64,000 bases of DNA from Squalus acanthias (Eukaryota). Location: positions 14,262,001 through 14,326,000 of the forward strand of contig CM059432.1 in NCBI GenBank assembly GCA_030390025.1. The letters are read 5' to 3'. Below, one piece after another: positions 1 to 12,548 of this stretch; positions within the stretch are counted from its first letter, which is position 1; every line of letters begins with the position of its first letter. The position numbers were made by a program, and so were the translations under genes. The notes beneath the pieces are model-generated. The model ran no database searches. It saw only the letters and a list, made by a program, of their open reading frames with translations, and was not told where the DNA came from.

Positions 1-333
1 GGTGGAGCTGCAGCTGTGAGGAGGCCACCCACTTGTCAACCCGCCAGGTTTAGCTGGCATGGTTTAGGAGGGTCGTGGAATATGCTGGAAATGTGGAAAA
101 ATAACGAGGGTCTCTCAAAATAGGATTAGAGAGGCCCTTAACGACCATTTAAGGCTCTTAACAACCTCTTTGGCCTGCTGGAGGCGGGACCGTTTCGCAC
201 CCAGCAAAACCGCCTCTGGCAAAATTGCACGGAGGCGGGTTGGAGGCGGGTTCCGAACCCGCACTCATTTTTTGCGATTTTCCCACCTATCCCGCCTCCA
301 AACCCGCCTCCTCGGGGCTGGGAAAATCGCCCC
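1..333 (-). mobile_element. Partial family-A-related MITE cut by the window start
   Basis: Its end acccgcctcctcggggctgggaaaatc matches about 19714-19740 (acccgcctcctcggggctggtaaaatc). Confidence 0.65.
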
Positions 334-939
334 CCACATTTCCAATAATGCAGCACTCCTTCAGTAATGCACTGGCGTGTTAGCCTAGATTATGCACTCT
401 GGTCTACTGTGGGCTTGAATTTAGAATTGCGGGTATTGTGTATAATTATGGTATATAACACATTGGCTTGCTGTCTGGGAACCAAAAATGAATCTTTTTG
501 CCTCTGACGTTGTTTTGCTAACTCCAGCCCATCTGTCTCCTCATGTTCTCCTGGCAATCCCTTTCCAAATTTTCCTGCAGACTTATTTGCAAGCACTTTA
601 TTTAAAACCAGTATTCTTGATGCTACCTGGGGCAAACCCTGCCAGTAAGGGAACTTTTTTAATTACATAACCAAATTTAACAAAACTTTAAAATACTGTA
701 TGCATTTTATGTCAATGCTTGACATTTTTTCCTCCTGCAGTTCTCCTCTCACTTTCCTCCCCAAATCCCTGACAGTACATGTGGACCATAGTTCTATTAA
801 AAGGCGGGCCCTCTTGTATCTCAGCCAGTATTCATTCTTCATGGCTAAGCCGACAGCAAGCTATTTGGGGGCGAGGCATTGCAGGCAAGTGCCCGATTCC
901 ACCTTTAGCTGGTAGTCACACGCAAGCACCTTCTAATAG

Positions 940-1068
940 GAAACTTTTTCAGGGCTTTGGAGAAAGAGCAGGGGAGTGGGACTGATTGGATAGCTCTTTC
1001 AAAGAGCCAGCAAGGACACGATGGGCTGACTGGCCACCTTCTGTGCTGTATGATTCTATGATTCTAAT
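940..1068 (+). mobile_element. CR1 3' end fragment
   Basis: Matches the 3780-3900 tail; ends tatgattctatgattcta. Confidence 0.8.
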
Positions 1069-2875
1069 AGGAGTCAGTGGGTAGCAAGCTTGAGTGGGAA
1101 CCCTGACTGATTTTTCTTTCCCTAGCCAGGGGCCACTGCAGCCAAATCAGATCAGCCAACTCAAGAACCAGGAATCATCTAGGACCTTCTTGTGTGGCTC
1201 AGTGTCATGCCACACAGCACCCGTGAGAAAGTTTGTTATTTAAATCGGCACTACTATATATTTACTGAACTTAATGAAGGTTGAAATTAAATGTTTAACG
1301 AGTGTACCTACATTTTGAATAATTATAATCAAGAAATTCATTTCAACACACAGAAAATATGAAATGTAAAAGTGCAGCGAGAAAGCTAGTGAGGCAAAAG
1401 AGATTAAAACACACTCATTTCAAGAGTACTAAATAAAACATTTTTCTTACAGTTTCAGACCATGTTTATTAAATATTCACTCTATTTCTGATTTCCATTT
1501 CCTGCATTCACAATAAGGTGGAAACATTATTCTCGCAAGGAAACTCATTTCATTTGATATCATTGCAATGTGTCATCGGTTTGTGTTTGCTGATTATACT
1601 GAAACAATCCATTTTATGGTTTGGAAGTCAAGCTGGGCGCTTTGTAATCAGAATTACTAGGTGCTATGTTGGATAACATTTGAATTGTAGGGAATTTATT
1701 ATAAAAATAAGTAATATCACTTCCTTCCGTTCACCGGGTTGTAAGCGGAGGAGTCAACAACTTTAACCAGAAATTCTGAATTTTTACAACACAGTAAAGG
1801 TGGTGCAAAAGACTTCTCTGAGTTTGCAAATGCGTGATGTGATGATATCATCTGACTTGTAAAAACGTTCAAGGTTTGAAAAGGAAGGCTGGTCATTTCT
1901 AAAGATAACCCGTGAACACTTGGAAAGCAGGGAAACCAGTCTATTCCTAATCAAATAGGTGGTACAGTGGACCATTATAAGGGGGGGGGGTCAGGATGGA
2001 GGGCAAAATCAAGCTAGGTGGTGCCAGAGGACTGGAGAATTGCAAATGTTACACCATTGTTCAAAAAAGGGTGTAAGGATAAACCCAGCAACTACAGGCC
2101 AGTCAGTTTAACCTCGGTAGTGGGGAAGCTTTTAGAAACGATAATCCGGGACAAAATTAATAGTCACTTGGACAAGTGTGGATTAATTAAGGGAAGCCAG
2201 CACGGATTTGTTAAAGGCAAATCGTGTTTAACTAACTTGATCGAATTTTTTGATGAGGTAACAGAGAGGGTTGATGAGGGAAATGCGGTTGATGTGGTGT
2301 ACACGGACTTCCAAAAGGCATTTGATAAAGTGCCACATAATAGGCATGCCAGCAAAGTTGAAGTCCATGAAATAAAAGGGACAGTGGCAGCACGGATACG
2401 AAATTGGCTAAGTGATAGGAAACAGAGAGTAGTGGTGAACGGTTGTTTTTCAGAATGGAGGACGGTATACAGTGGTGTTCCCCAGGGGTCGGTACTGGGA
2501 CCACAGCTTTTCTTGATATATATTAATGACTTGGACTTAGGTGTACAGGGCATTATTTCAAAATTTGCAGATGACACGAAACTTAGAAGTATAGTGAACA
2601 GTGAGGAAGATAGTGATAGACTTCAAGAGGACATAGACAGGCTGGTGGAATGGACACATGGCAGATGAAATTTAACGCAGAAAAGTGCGAAGTGATACAT
2701 TTTTGGTAGGAAGAACAAGAAGAGGCAATATAAACTAAAGGGTACAATTCTAAAGGGGGTGCAGGAACAGAGAGGCCTGGGGGTATATGTACACAAATCG
2801 TTGAAGGTGGCAGGGCAGATTGAGAAAGCAGTTATTAAAGCATATGGCGGGATCCTGGGCTTTATAAATAGAGGC

Positions 2876-3273
2876 CATGATGCGGAGATGCCGGTGTTGG
2901 ACTGAGGTGGACAAAAGTGAGAAGTCGCACAACACCAGGTTATAGTCCAACAGTTTTATTTGAAATCACAAGCTTTTGGAGCGGCTGCTCCTTCGTCAGG
3001 TGAAGTGAAGAAATACAAATGGGCACAGCATATATAGACAGAGAACAATGCCTGTGCAGAGAACAATGCCAGATGACTACAGTTAATCTTTCTGACTGCC
3101 CTTTAACTGCAGTCGTCTGGCATTGTTCTCTGCACAGGCATTGTTCTCTGTCTATATATGCTGTGCCCATTTGTATTTCTTCACTTCACCTGACGAAGGA
3201 GCAGCCGCTCCGAAAGCTTGTGATTTCAAATAAAACTGTTGGACTATAACCTGGTGTTGTGCGACTTCTCACT
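2876..3273. mobile_element. Fold-back Penelope-like element (inverted pLTR pair) inserted in a CR1
   Basis: 174-bp arms 2913-3086 and 3103-3276 with a 16-bp spacer. 15-bp TSD TTTATAAATAGAGGC (2861-2875, 3274-3288). Each arm holds a hammerhead-like motif. Confidence 0.8.
3186..3223 (+). ncRNA. Minimal type-I hammerhead ribozyme motif
   Basis: Stem I tcac - CTGACGA - A - stem II ggagc/agcc/gctcc - GAAA - GCTT (palindromic AGCT in place of stem III, CUU cleavage triplet) - stem I gtga. Confidence 0.75.
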
Positions 3274-4995
3274 TTTATAAATAGAGGCATAGAGTACAAA
3301 AGCAAGGAAGTTATGATGAACCTTTATAAAACACTGGTTTGGCATCAACTGCAGTATTGTGTCCAATTCTGGGCACCGCACTTTAGGAAGGATGTGAAGG
3401 CCTTAGAGAGGGTGCAGAAAAGATTTACAAGAATGGTTCCTGGGATGAGGGACTTCAGTTACGTGGATAGACTGGAGAAGCTGGGGTTGTTCTCCTTAGA
3501 GCAGAGAAGATTGAGAGAAGATTTGATAGAGGTGTTCAAAACCATGAGGGGTTGAGACAGAGTAGAAACAGAGAGAAACTGTTCCCATTGGCGGAAGGGT
3601 TGCGAACTAGAGGACACAGATTTAAGGTGATTGGCAGAAGATTCAAAGGCGACATGAGGAAAAACATTTTTACACAGCGAGTGGTTAAGATCTGGAATGC
3701 ACTGCAATGCACTGGTGGTGGAGGCAGACTCAATTATGGCTTTCAAAAGGGAATTAGATAAGTACCTGAAGGAAAAAAAATTGCAGGGCTACGGGGAAAG
3801 GGCGGGGGATTGGGACTAGCTGAGGTGCTCTTGCAGAGAGCCGGCTCGGGCTCGACGGGCTGAATGGCCTCCTACTGTGCTGTAACCATTCTATGATTCT
3901 AGGATGAAGGAAAACCACATATCCTGTGATCTTGCAAATAGTGGGAAGAGGCTCTGGAGACAACATGAAAGCTTTTGATTGAACAGAGGAGGACAAAGAA
4001 GTATAGGATTGATCAGGGTGGGAAAGAAGTCGGCAAATCCCCCACTCCATTTTAACTGACCCCCCCCATCTGATTTCGGGGGGGTTGTGGGGGGGGAGTT
4101 AAAATCAGGAGCAATATTGTTCTTGCATTTCTAATTAGAATAAACTGCAGCGGGCATGGTGACATGCCAAAAATGGCGCAGCCACTAGCCATTGTACTTT
4201 CCATCACTCTATAGACAATTCCAGACACCTTCATTTAAAGCCGTCCTGACGATGCTTGATTTTGCCTGCCACGGATTAAACATCTGTACACATATCTAAT
4301 CTTAATTGGTGAATTGCTTCAGGTTTTGCCAAATTCTAGTGGTAAGAAGTTTCACTCACCCAAGACATAATGTTGGACAGGCATTTGAATATTACAGGAA
4401 AAGCTAGTGTCAGCATTGTGGCAGGAGGTTCGAGTTGAGTGCCATCTCTGTACGTACAAAAGCTGACCCTAGGTTTGTGGATGATACTGTTGAACGGGCC
4501 ACGTGTAGAAGATGATTGATGACCAATGATGGAGCCCTGGATCTCACCAGAGGTGATCGTGTGGAGACGGGAGGAAAATCTGTTTGAGGAGATGTAGTCA
4601 CTGCTTTGGGATGAGTAGGAATGGAAGCAGACACACAGAGGGAACCCGTGAAGGAGAAAGCGATTAGAAGAGAATGGAGAGGCCAACAATGGCGAATGTG
4701 ACAGAGAAGCTGAAGAAGACAAGGAGGGACAGTAAGCTGCAGCTGTAATCACACAAGACATCATCGGTGGCTTTGACTAGGAGCTATTACCTGGTGGAAA
4801 GTAATGTTAGTGACAGTACTAGCGGTGCACATGTTTCATGTACAGTATCTAGGTGCTGCATTTAGCTCGTTTATGTCACAAACTTCTCTATGTTGGTTGT
4901 GGATGTGCCCTTAGTTGAGGGAGTAGCCCTAGTGAATGATTGGAAGAGATACAGAAGACCCACAGTTATGGTTCAGGCTTTTGTCCCAGGTTTTT

Positions 4996-5146
4996 TGGGA
5001 ACGAAGGGAATCAAGGGACATGGGGATAGTGCAGGAAGGTAGAGTTGAGGTAGAAGATCAGCCATGATCTTGTTGAATGGTGGAGCAGGCTCGAAGGGCT
5101 GAATGGCCGACTCCAGCTCCTATTTCTTATGTTCTTACGTTCTTAT
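4996..5146 (+). mobile_element. CR1 3' end fragment
   Basis: aagggaatcaaggga...gatcagccatgatc...ctcctatttcttatgttctta tail. Confidence 0.85.
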
Positions 5147-5467
5147 AAAAACAATAGCCTCCATTGGCAGGCAGAGTCTCTTATGATCTGATACCTGCAT
5201 CTTATATTTGCAATGCATGGATTAGCATGACCAGTTTTAACAAGTAATCCCGAAGTCCACTGGAGAACACATGAGATGCCCACCATGTTCTCTTGTCTCT
5301 CTCAAAAGCCAGAATAAATCACACTTAGAGAGCAATGCATATAGGCTAAACTACTTCATCTAATAATAAAGAGAACTCAAATTACACAACAAGGTATTGG
5401 GGTAGATTTTCTGATCGGGCCACCATTTGTGTCTAAGATATTAGCACCCACCTGATAATCAGTGTGT

Positions 5468-5510
5468 TGACCCTGCCTGACCCGGCCTGACCCTGCTTGA
5501 CCCTGCCTGA
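5468..5510. repeat. 10-bp tandem repeat (TGACCCTGCC)x4
   Basis: Visible directly in the sequence. Confidence 0.8.
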
Positions 5511-6279
5511 TACAATGGAGCCAACTTCATTTACATACACTGGGTTGCAAATCCCAGTTTATTCATGGCGTTCCGATCTCTTGCCAGAACTGAAGCTGAG
5601 TAAGCAGAGCTGTGATTTATTCCTGTTATATTCATTTCCTTGATATAAACAAAGAGACTGAGAGTTTGAGAGATCTCTCACCTTGTGAGGTGAGGTGTTA
5701 ATATCTGAATATTGCTGCTTCTTCTATAACTTTTCCTCAGAGAGTCTAGAATTGTCTATTCAATTATCCATCAATCTGCATGTGTCAATGTTTCAAATAA
5801 ACTATTCTAGTTGCCAAGCAACTTTTAGACTTAATTGGTTTCTGAACAAAGGCATTGAAAAAAAGAGGACCCACTTAGGACAGACATTTCCCATTGAATA
5901 CATGGTGAAAGTCTAATTGTGTATCGGTTAACACTGCTACAAAAGAATGGGGCCCTCTCAGAAATACAGCTGGGTGAAGTCAACTTTTAAATCCGATGTC
6001 CACTATCTAACATCATGTAAAATGAAAATGCAGAAATCTCCCCGACTGTTACACTTCTAACTGCATCGACAGCTATCTAGTGACCTAGCAAGCCATTCTG
6101 TTGTATCGAAGTGCTATCAGTTTAAGAAGAAGGCCCACAGCCATCTTCTCAGGGCAACTAGGGATGGGCAATAAATGCAGCCTTGTCAGCGATGCCCAAA
6201 TCCTGAAAATGAATAATAAAACAAATCTATAAGATTTTAGAATCCCTTGTTCATAGTCCCTGTAACTTTTTTAAAAATT

Positions 6280-6698
6280 TGTTTATGGGATGTGGGCGTC
6301 ATAGGCAAGACCAGCATTTATTGCCCATCCCTAATTGCCCTTGAGAAGATGGTGGTGAGCCGCTTTCTTGAACCGCTGCAGTCCGTGTGGTGAAGGTACT
6401 CCCACAGTGCTGTTAGGGAGTGAGTTCCAGGATTTTGACCCAGCGACGATGAAGGATCGGCGATATACTTCTAAGTCAGGATGGTGTATGACTTGGAGGG
6501 GAACTTGGAGGTGGTGGTGTTCTCATGCGCCTGCTGCCCTTGTCCTTCTAGGTGGAAGAGGTCGTGGGTTTGGGAGGTGCTGAGAAGAAGCCTTGGCGAG
6601 TTGCTGCAGTGCATCTTGTAGATGGTACACAATGCAGCTACGGTATGCCGGTGGTGGAGGGAGTGAATGTTTAAGGTGGTGGATGGGGTACCAATCAA
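6280..6698 (-). mobile_element. 3' fragment of the same LINE family as 36190-37005
   Basis: LIGTPSTTLNIHSLHHRHTVAALCTIYKMHCSNSPRLL plus the shared tail. Confidence 0.88.
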
Positions 6699-6877
6699 AC
6701 TATGTTCCAAGTGAGCTAAAGGCAGCCATTAGTTTGAACCCCAAATATTCCATAGCAGCAGGGGGAGCATTCATAGGATATTATACCAATGGCCTGCATA
6801 AAAGAGGTCTCTCGAAGTCACTGGTTTTGTCATGTGCTTAAATGCAGATTGCAGTATAGCCAACTATTGCCCCATGA

Positions 6878-7217
6878 GTAAATAAAGAGAAACTGTTTCC
6901 AATGGCTGAAGGGTCGATAACCAGAGGACACCGATTTAAGGTGATTGGCAAAAGAACCAGAGGCGACATGAGGAAAAACATTTTTACGCAACGAGTGGTT
7001 AGGATTTGGAATGCACTGCCTGATCGGGTGGTGGAGGTAGATTCAATAGTAGCCTTCAAAAGGGAATTGGATAAATACTTGAAGGATATGGAAACATTTC
7101 AGGGATATGGGGAACGAGCAGGGGTGTGGGACTAACTGGATTGCTCTTCGAAAGAGCTGGCGGGAACTCGATGAGCCGAATGGCCTCCTTCTGTGCTGTA
7201 CTATTCTATGATTCTAC
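6878..7217 (+). mobile_element. CR1 3' fragment
   Basis: TRGHRFKV...FTQRVVRIWNALP...FKRELD plus the ATTCTATG tail. Confidence 0.9.
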
Positions 7218-7706
7218 AACATCATTTATGTGGAAGAAACCCGGGGTGATTTTTTTTTTCCTCTCCCTAGCTAGGATCACTTAGTATAAAGCAGGGATCC
7301 TGGTCTGTATGCTTTAGTACCACACCATTCAACTGCTACTCAACACATATCCACATCAAGCCATCTGTAGACTGTGAATTAAACAGAATACCATTTGTGA
7401 ACCCTAAAAATGCAGTCATAAAAACACTCATTTCAAATCACTATGGTTCAAGCCCGAGTTCATAACATAGGCCAAAACTACCATAAATGTGAAAAATGTT
7501 ACCTACTTGTCAGTTTGACTGCTATAGATTGTATTAGGGATGGGGAGCAGGGTGAAAGGATATTATCTCTGTCTACCACATGTTAGGCATATTGCTTACT
7601 GTCTATGCAATACAAATATACAGAAGTTGAAAATTCAAGAGCTGTGGAGAATGTGTGAGAAGAGAAGGCAGAAAGCAAATCACGTAGTGATTGAATCAGA
7701 AATGAA

Positions 7707-8550
7707 GGGCTCAATTTTCATCGGCCCGTGGAGGTGGGTTTGGAGGTGTGTGGGGTATGAAATTAGCAGATTCGGGGGTCCCGAACCCATCCCGCCCCCA
7801 ACCCGCCTCCATGCCAGTTTCCCAGGAGGCGGGTGTCCGACCTGTGCTGGGAGCCGCCTCCCCGAGGTGGGAAGGGGATTAGTGCCAATAAACTGCCTGT
7901 TAACAGATAGTTAACAGGCAGTTTTTTGCCTAATCCCTGTTTTTAGCCCTGAAGTGTGGGCTTCCCGACAGGTCCGAACCACGCTGATTTAGCGAGGCGG
8001 ACCGTCGGTCTGGAGGGCTTGGAGGGGTCGAGATGTCCGGTGTGCAGGTGAGTGATGGGTGCATGAGTGCAGAGGTAAGTGTGTTTGGTGTGTGTAAAGT
8101 GTTTTAAGAACTTGTACTTACCTTAACTTTGTCCTGCAGGCTAGCTTCCTTAAGGTGTCGGGAGTCCCTCACATCCACGGCACAGAAAGCAGAATGGCCG
8201 CGGAGCTGTCAAAAGCTGCAGTCTCTGCTTTCTGTGCTGGATTGATTTCTAACTGAGTCGAAGTACAGGGACTCACGTTAGAAATCATATTGTCAGTGTT
8301 TGACAGCTTCACAGAGCTGTCAAACGCTGAAATTTCATCTGTCAAAAGCTCTTGACAGATGAAATTTCAATGGCTGATGTCACCTGTATCCAAGGGACCC
8401 TTGATTGGCCTGTTAAGTCCGCTGGGCAGGCTTAACAAGGTCAATCAAGGGAAAATACAGTGGGTTGGCCACAAGTCGATGGAGGCGGGACTACAACCCA
8501 AAAAGTGGGAGTCCCGCCTCCATCACGTCCCCATTGACAAAATCCAGCCC
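7707..8550 (+). mobile_element. Harbinger-type MITE, family A, copy 1
   Basis: TIRs GGGCTCAATTTT / AAAATCCAGCCC; 3-bp TSD GAA (7704-7706, 8551-8553); homologous in inverted orientation to 18902-19746. Confidence 0.85.
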
Positions 8551-8574
8551 GAAGTTTCTTTCTTGGATTTTTTT

Positions 8575-8826
8575 TTATTCGTTCCGAGAATGTGGGCGTC
8601 GTTGGCAAGGCCAGCATTTATTGCCCATCCCTAGTTGCCCTTGAGAAGGTGATGGTGAGCCGCCGCCTTGAACCATTGCAGTCCATGTGGTGAAGGTACT
8701 TCCCACAGTGCCGTTAGGGAGGGAGTTCCAGGATTTTGACCCAGCGACGGTAAAGGAACGGCGATATACTTCTAAGTCAGGATGGTGTGTGACTTGGAGG
8801 GGAAACTGGAGGTGATGGTGTTCCCA
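8575..8826 (-). mobile_element. 3' fragment of the same LINE family as 36190-37005
   Basis: Shared tail gcatttattgcccatccctagttgcccttgagaagg... Confidence 0.85.
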
Positions 8827-8956
8827 CCTTGGATTGTGATGTTAGTTTTATGTTCGGTTAAGTAGCAGTCTAATGAATAAGCTCTGATCAAGGCACATTG
8901 TCCTCTATACTGTATTGTATATTCCTTTGGCTCTTAAGTAGGGACTACTTTCAGGA

Positions 8957-9150
8957 ATAAAACCAGAAAATGATGGAAACACTCAGCAGGTCAGGCAGCA
9001 TAGTTAACGTTTCAGGTCGGTGATCTTTCAAGGTCATCGACCTGAAACGTTAACTCTGTCTGTCTCTCCGTAGATGCTGCCTGACCTGCTGAGTATTTCC
9101 AGTATTTTCTGGTTTTATTTTCTGATTTCCAGTGTCTGCAGTATTTTGCT
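8957..9150. mobile_element. Fold-back Penelope-like pLTR insertion
   Basis: Inverted arms centred at about 9028; TSD ACTACTTTCAGGA / ACTACTTTAAGGA (8944-8956, 9151-9163, one mismatch). Confidence 0.78.
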
Positions 9151-9253
9151 ACTACTTTAAGGAGGTCAGTGTAAAATGATTCCTAATTCCCTGATTGTGG
9201 ATATAGTCTGCCACAAGCTGCAATGACAGCTACATGAATTGCATAAATATTGA

Positions 9254-9468
9254 AATAACAACAGAAAACGCTGGAAAAACTCAGCAGGCCAGGCAACATC
9301 CGTGGAGAGAGAAAGAGAGTTAACGTTTCAGGTCGAAACCCTCCGACGAAGGGTTTCGACCTGAAACGTTAACTCTCTTTCTCTCTCCACGGATGTTGCC
9401 TGGCCTGCTGAGTTTTTCTAGCGTTTTCTGTTGTTATTTCAGATTTCCAGCATCCGCAGTATTTTGCT
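9254..9468. mobile_element. Fold-back Penelope-like pLTR insertion (young)
   Basis: Near-perfect arms of about 92 bp (9251-9342, 9350-9441); perfect 16-bp TSD ATTGCATAAATATTGA (9238-9253, 9469-9484). Confidence 0.82.
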
Positions 9469-10089
9469 ATTGCATAAATATTGATGTTTGCAACTTGTGT
9501 TAGGATTCCGTTAAGAATGAAATATGATTTCTTTTGGTTTTCTTTGGATGGGACATTAAAGATATCCTGTGATGATTCTACTCCATTATTGTGGTAAGAC
9601 TTGTGAAAATATGTTCTTAATTCTTGTGCCATTGCAAGAATTTATCCCACAAACTGGTTTGGGAATCTGAATTTATTTTTACAAAGCTATTAGGTGTAAA
9701 TTTTATCAGATTGACAAAAGGCAGGTCAAATTCATATTTCTTCCTAAATGGTTGATGTTTGTAGAGAGTGAAAATACCATTCATTCCTGATCATTTTTTT
9801 TCAGAAGTATTTAGTTGTGCTCCAATATTACAATGAAAAGCTTCCAGGACTACAATCAGATCTCCTGTGAGACTCTGCGGCTGCCATTCCTTATAATTTA
9901 TGCTCCTGCACTGTATTTTCTTCAGTATTCTTCAGTATTCACATCCTTTAAACTACATCACTGGAGATGGAACTGTTCTATTTTTATATGACCTTCACCA
10001 ATACATCAGAAAATGACTCTCAGGATTGCTACTGTGTTTGGCAGGTATGTATTTGATGAATCCTCAGTCTGAATTCACTTCCAGTACTA

Positions 10090-10495
10090 TTAAACATCCA
10101 CTGCCTCCACCATCGGCGCACCGTGGCTGCAGTCTGTACTATCCACAGGATGCACTGCAGCAACTCGCCAAGGCTTCTTCGGCAGCACCTCCCAAACCCG
10201 TGACCTCCACAACCTAGAAGGGCAAGGGCAGCAGGTGCATGGGAACACCATCGCCTCCAAGTTCCCCTCCAAGTCACACACCATCCTGACTTGGAAATAT
10301 AATCGCCGTTCCTTCATCGTGGCTGGGTCAAAATCCTGGAACTCCCTCCCTAACAGCACTGTGGGAGTACTTTCACCACATGGACTGCAGCGGTTCAAGA
10401 AGGCGGCTCACCGCCACCTTCTCGGGGGCAAATAGGGATGGGCAATAAATGCTGGCCTCGCTATAGACACCCATATCCCGAGAATGAATTAAAAA
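10090..10495 (+). mobile_element. 3' fragment of the same LINE family as 36190-37005
   Basis: GSKSWNSLPNSTVG...LQRFKKAAH plus the shared tail. Confidence 0.88.
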
Positions 10496-11224
10496 AGTAT
10501 GGAGATTATTTATAAGGTTTGTAGAGGGCGCAGTGGTGAGGCATGTTGGTGGTAGGATACAGATTTGGACCCAATTATCCAAGTAGAAACGTTCTAATCT
10601 GCTGTACAAGGGTGGAACCAAGCAATTGCCAGCCAAATGGATACAGGAAATAACAGAGGAAAGGCACACCAGCCTTCTATTGCAGCCCTGGTAGCTGTAG
10701 ATTAGCAGGTCCTGCCAGATTACAAACTCCATCTTGCAGACTGAATCTCACTTGTTGCCTAACTGATGCACTGATAGTTAAAGGACTGACTATAAATGCT
10801 CATAATCAAACTGATTGATAATTACTGGAATCAAAGGAGCATCTGTAAATATTTGTACTCTCGGTCAGCAGAGCCCTGCTGCCCTCCCCTCTTCCCAGAC
10901 TATCTCCACCTCCCTTTAGGCTGGGAAATGGGACATGGTCCTAAATGAGCAAAATAAAATGGTGTCTAATAGCACTAGAAACAATCCGTATAAGAATTGG
11001 AGTTAGAACTCGCTATTACTGATTCTAATAGAAAGCTAATTGGCAGCTGTGATAATGACTGGAGTCAGCGGATTTAGAAGTTGGCACTCCAGGTCTTTAT
11101 GATGATGGCACTGTAACTAAGCAAACCAGCTGGCTATGGAGATTAAAGCAGTCTGAATGCTTAAAACATTTTCAAGTTATAGAACTATACAAGTTTAGAG
11201 AAGATTAGAAGTTTGCTGAAAGAA

Positions 11225-11682
11225 AGACTTGCATTAATATAGCGACTTTCACGACCACCGGAGGTCCCAAAGCGCTTTACAGCCAATGAAGTACTTTTTG
11301 AAGTGGAGTCACGGTTGTAATGTAGGAAACGCGGCAGCCAATTTGCGCACAGCAAGCTCCCACTAACAGCAATGTGGTACTGACCAGATAATCTGTTTTT
11401 TGTTATGTTGATTGAGGGATAAATATTAGCCAGGACACCGGGGAATAACTCCCCTGCTCCTTCTTCGAAATAGTGCCTTAGGATCTTTTCTGTCCAACTG
11501 AGAGGGTAGACAGGGCCTCAGTTTAACATCACATCTGAAAGACGGCACCTCCGACAATGTAGCACTCCCTCAGCAATGCACTGTCTACCTAGATTTTTGT
11601 GCTCAGTGTCTGGAGTGGGGCCATCAACCCACAACCTTCTGACTCAGAGGTACAGGTGCTACCAACTGAGCCACTGCCAACA
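11225..11682 (-). mobile_element. Full-length tRNA-derived SINE with L2-like tail (DeuSINE/SacSINE1-like)
   Basis: The minus strand starts gcagtggctcagttggtagc (A-box). Its body is shared with 51083-51505 and 57310-57530. Tail ...gtgaaa.gcgctatat.aatgcaagtc. The family name is from recollection, not from an alignment. Confidence 0.8.
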
Positions 11683-11689
11683 CAGCACA

Positions 11690-11920
11690 GATGAGGCCAT
11701 CATCCTAGAACAATCCAAAACTAATCCCTACTGCCCTGCTCTCCCCGTAGCCCTGTACCTTCCTTTGCATCAAATATTTATCCAGTTTTCTATTAATTGT
11801 CTCTGCCTCAGCCATTTCCTTTTCTATACCCCAACAACCCTCTGAGTAAATGCATTTCTCCACTCCTCTCTCCTTTCTCTCAGTGACACTTTTAAATTGC
11901 TGACCCCTCGTTACTGACCC
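11690..11920 (-). mobile_element. Degenerate CR1 3' fragment
   Basis: TRGQQFK...RKLDKYL..VQGYGESRA on the minus strand. Confidence 0.65.
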
Positions 11921-12326
11921 ACCCCCCCCCCCCGCCCCCCAGCCAGAAGAGATAGTGGGGGTGAAATTGGTCAAGGGTGGTAGCACAAAATGGGGGATGG
12001 TGAATCGGCAGCCTGTTTGATATCCCGCCAACTTTCTATTCCAGGGAAATTCCAGATACTGGCCCGATGATGATGAAGGAATGGCAATATATGTCCGAGT
12101 CAGGGCTGCGTATTAGCTCGAAGTGATGATGTTACGCGGATCACAAAACGCCATGGAGTGAGTTCATAGAAGTTGTGCTGAAGGAGGAAGCTTTCTGATG
12201 TGTAGTAGCTTCAGGAAAAACAATGGAAGGGGGAAAAGGGAAATGAGACTGAATCTAACATAATAACAATGATTTAAAGGAGGATTTCAGCCATTGTTTT
12301 TGTTTTAAAAACAGAAAATGCTGGAG

Positions 12327-12548
12327 TCATAGCATCATAGAAATTTATGGCACAGAAGGAGGCCATTCGGCCCATCGTGTCTGTGACGGCCAAAAATAGC
12401 TATCCAGCCTAATTCCACTTTCATTGCTCTTGGTCCGTAGCCCTGTAGGCTACGGCACTTCAAGTGCATATCAAGTACTTTTTAAATGCAATGAGGGTTT
12501 CCTGCCTCTACCACCCTTTCAGGCAGTGAGTTCCAGACTCCCACCACC
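12327..12548 (-). mobile_element. CR1 3' fragment
   Basis: catagcatcataga tail; cacagaaggaggccattcggccc; ggcagtgagttccagact. Confidence 0.8.

Larger units (their letters stand above)
2018..3900 (+). mobile_element. CR1 LINE, 5'-truncated, RT to 3' tail, frameshifted, interrupted by the fold-back element
   Basis: [41 protein letters not shown], then RGIEYKSKEVMMNLYK...; ends in (ATTCTATG)n. Confidence 0.95.

Noticed and set aside
2940..3249. Twin 76-aa ORFs on opposite strands (MGTAYIDREQ...)
   Set aside because: A by-product of the palindrome; no protein features.
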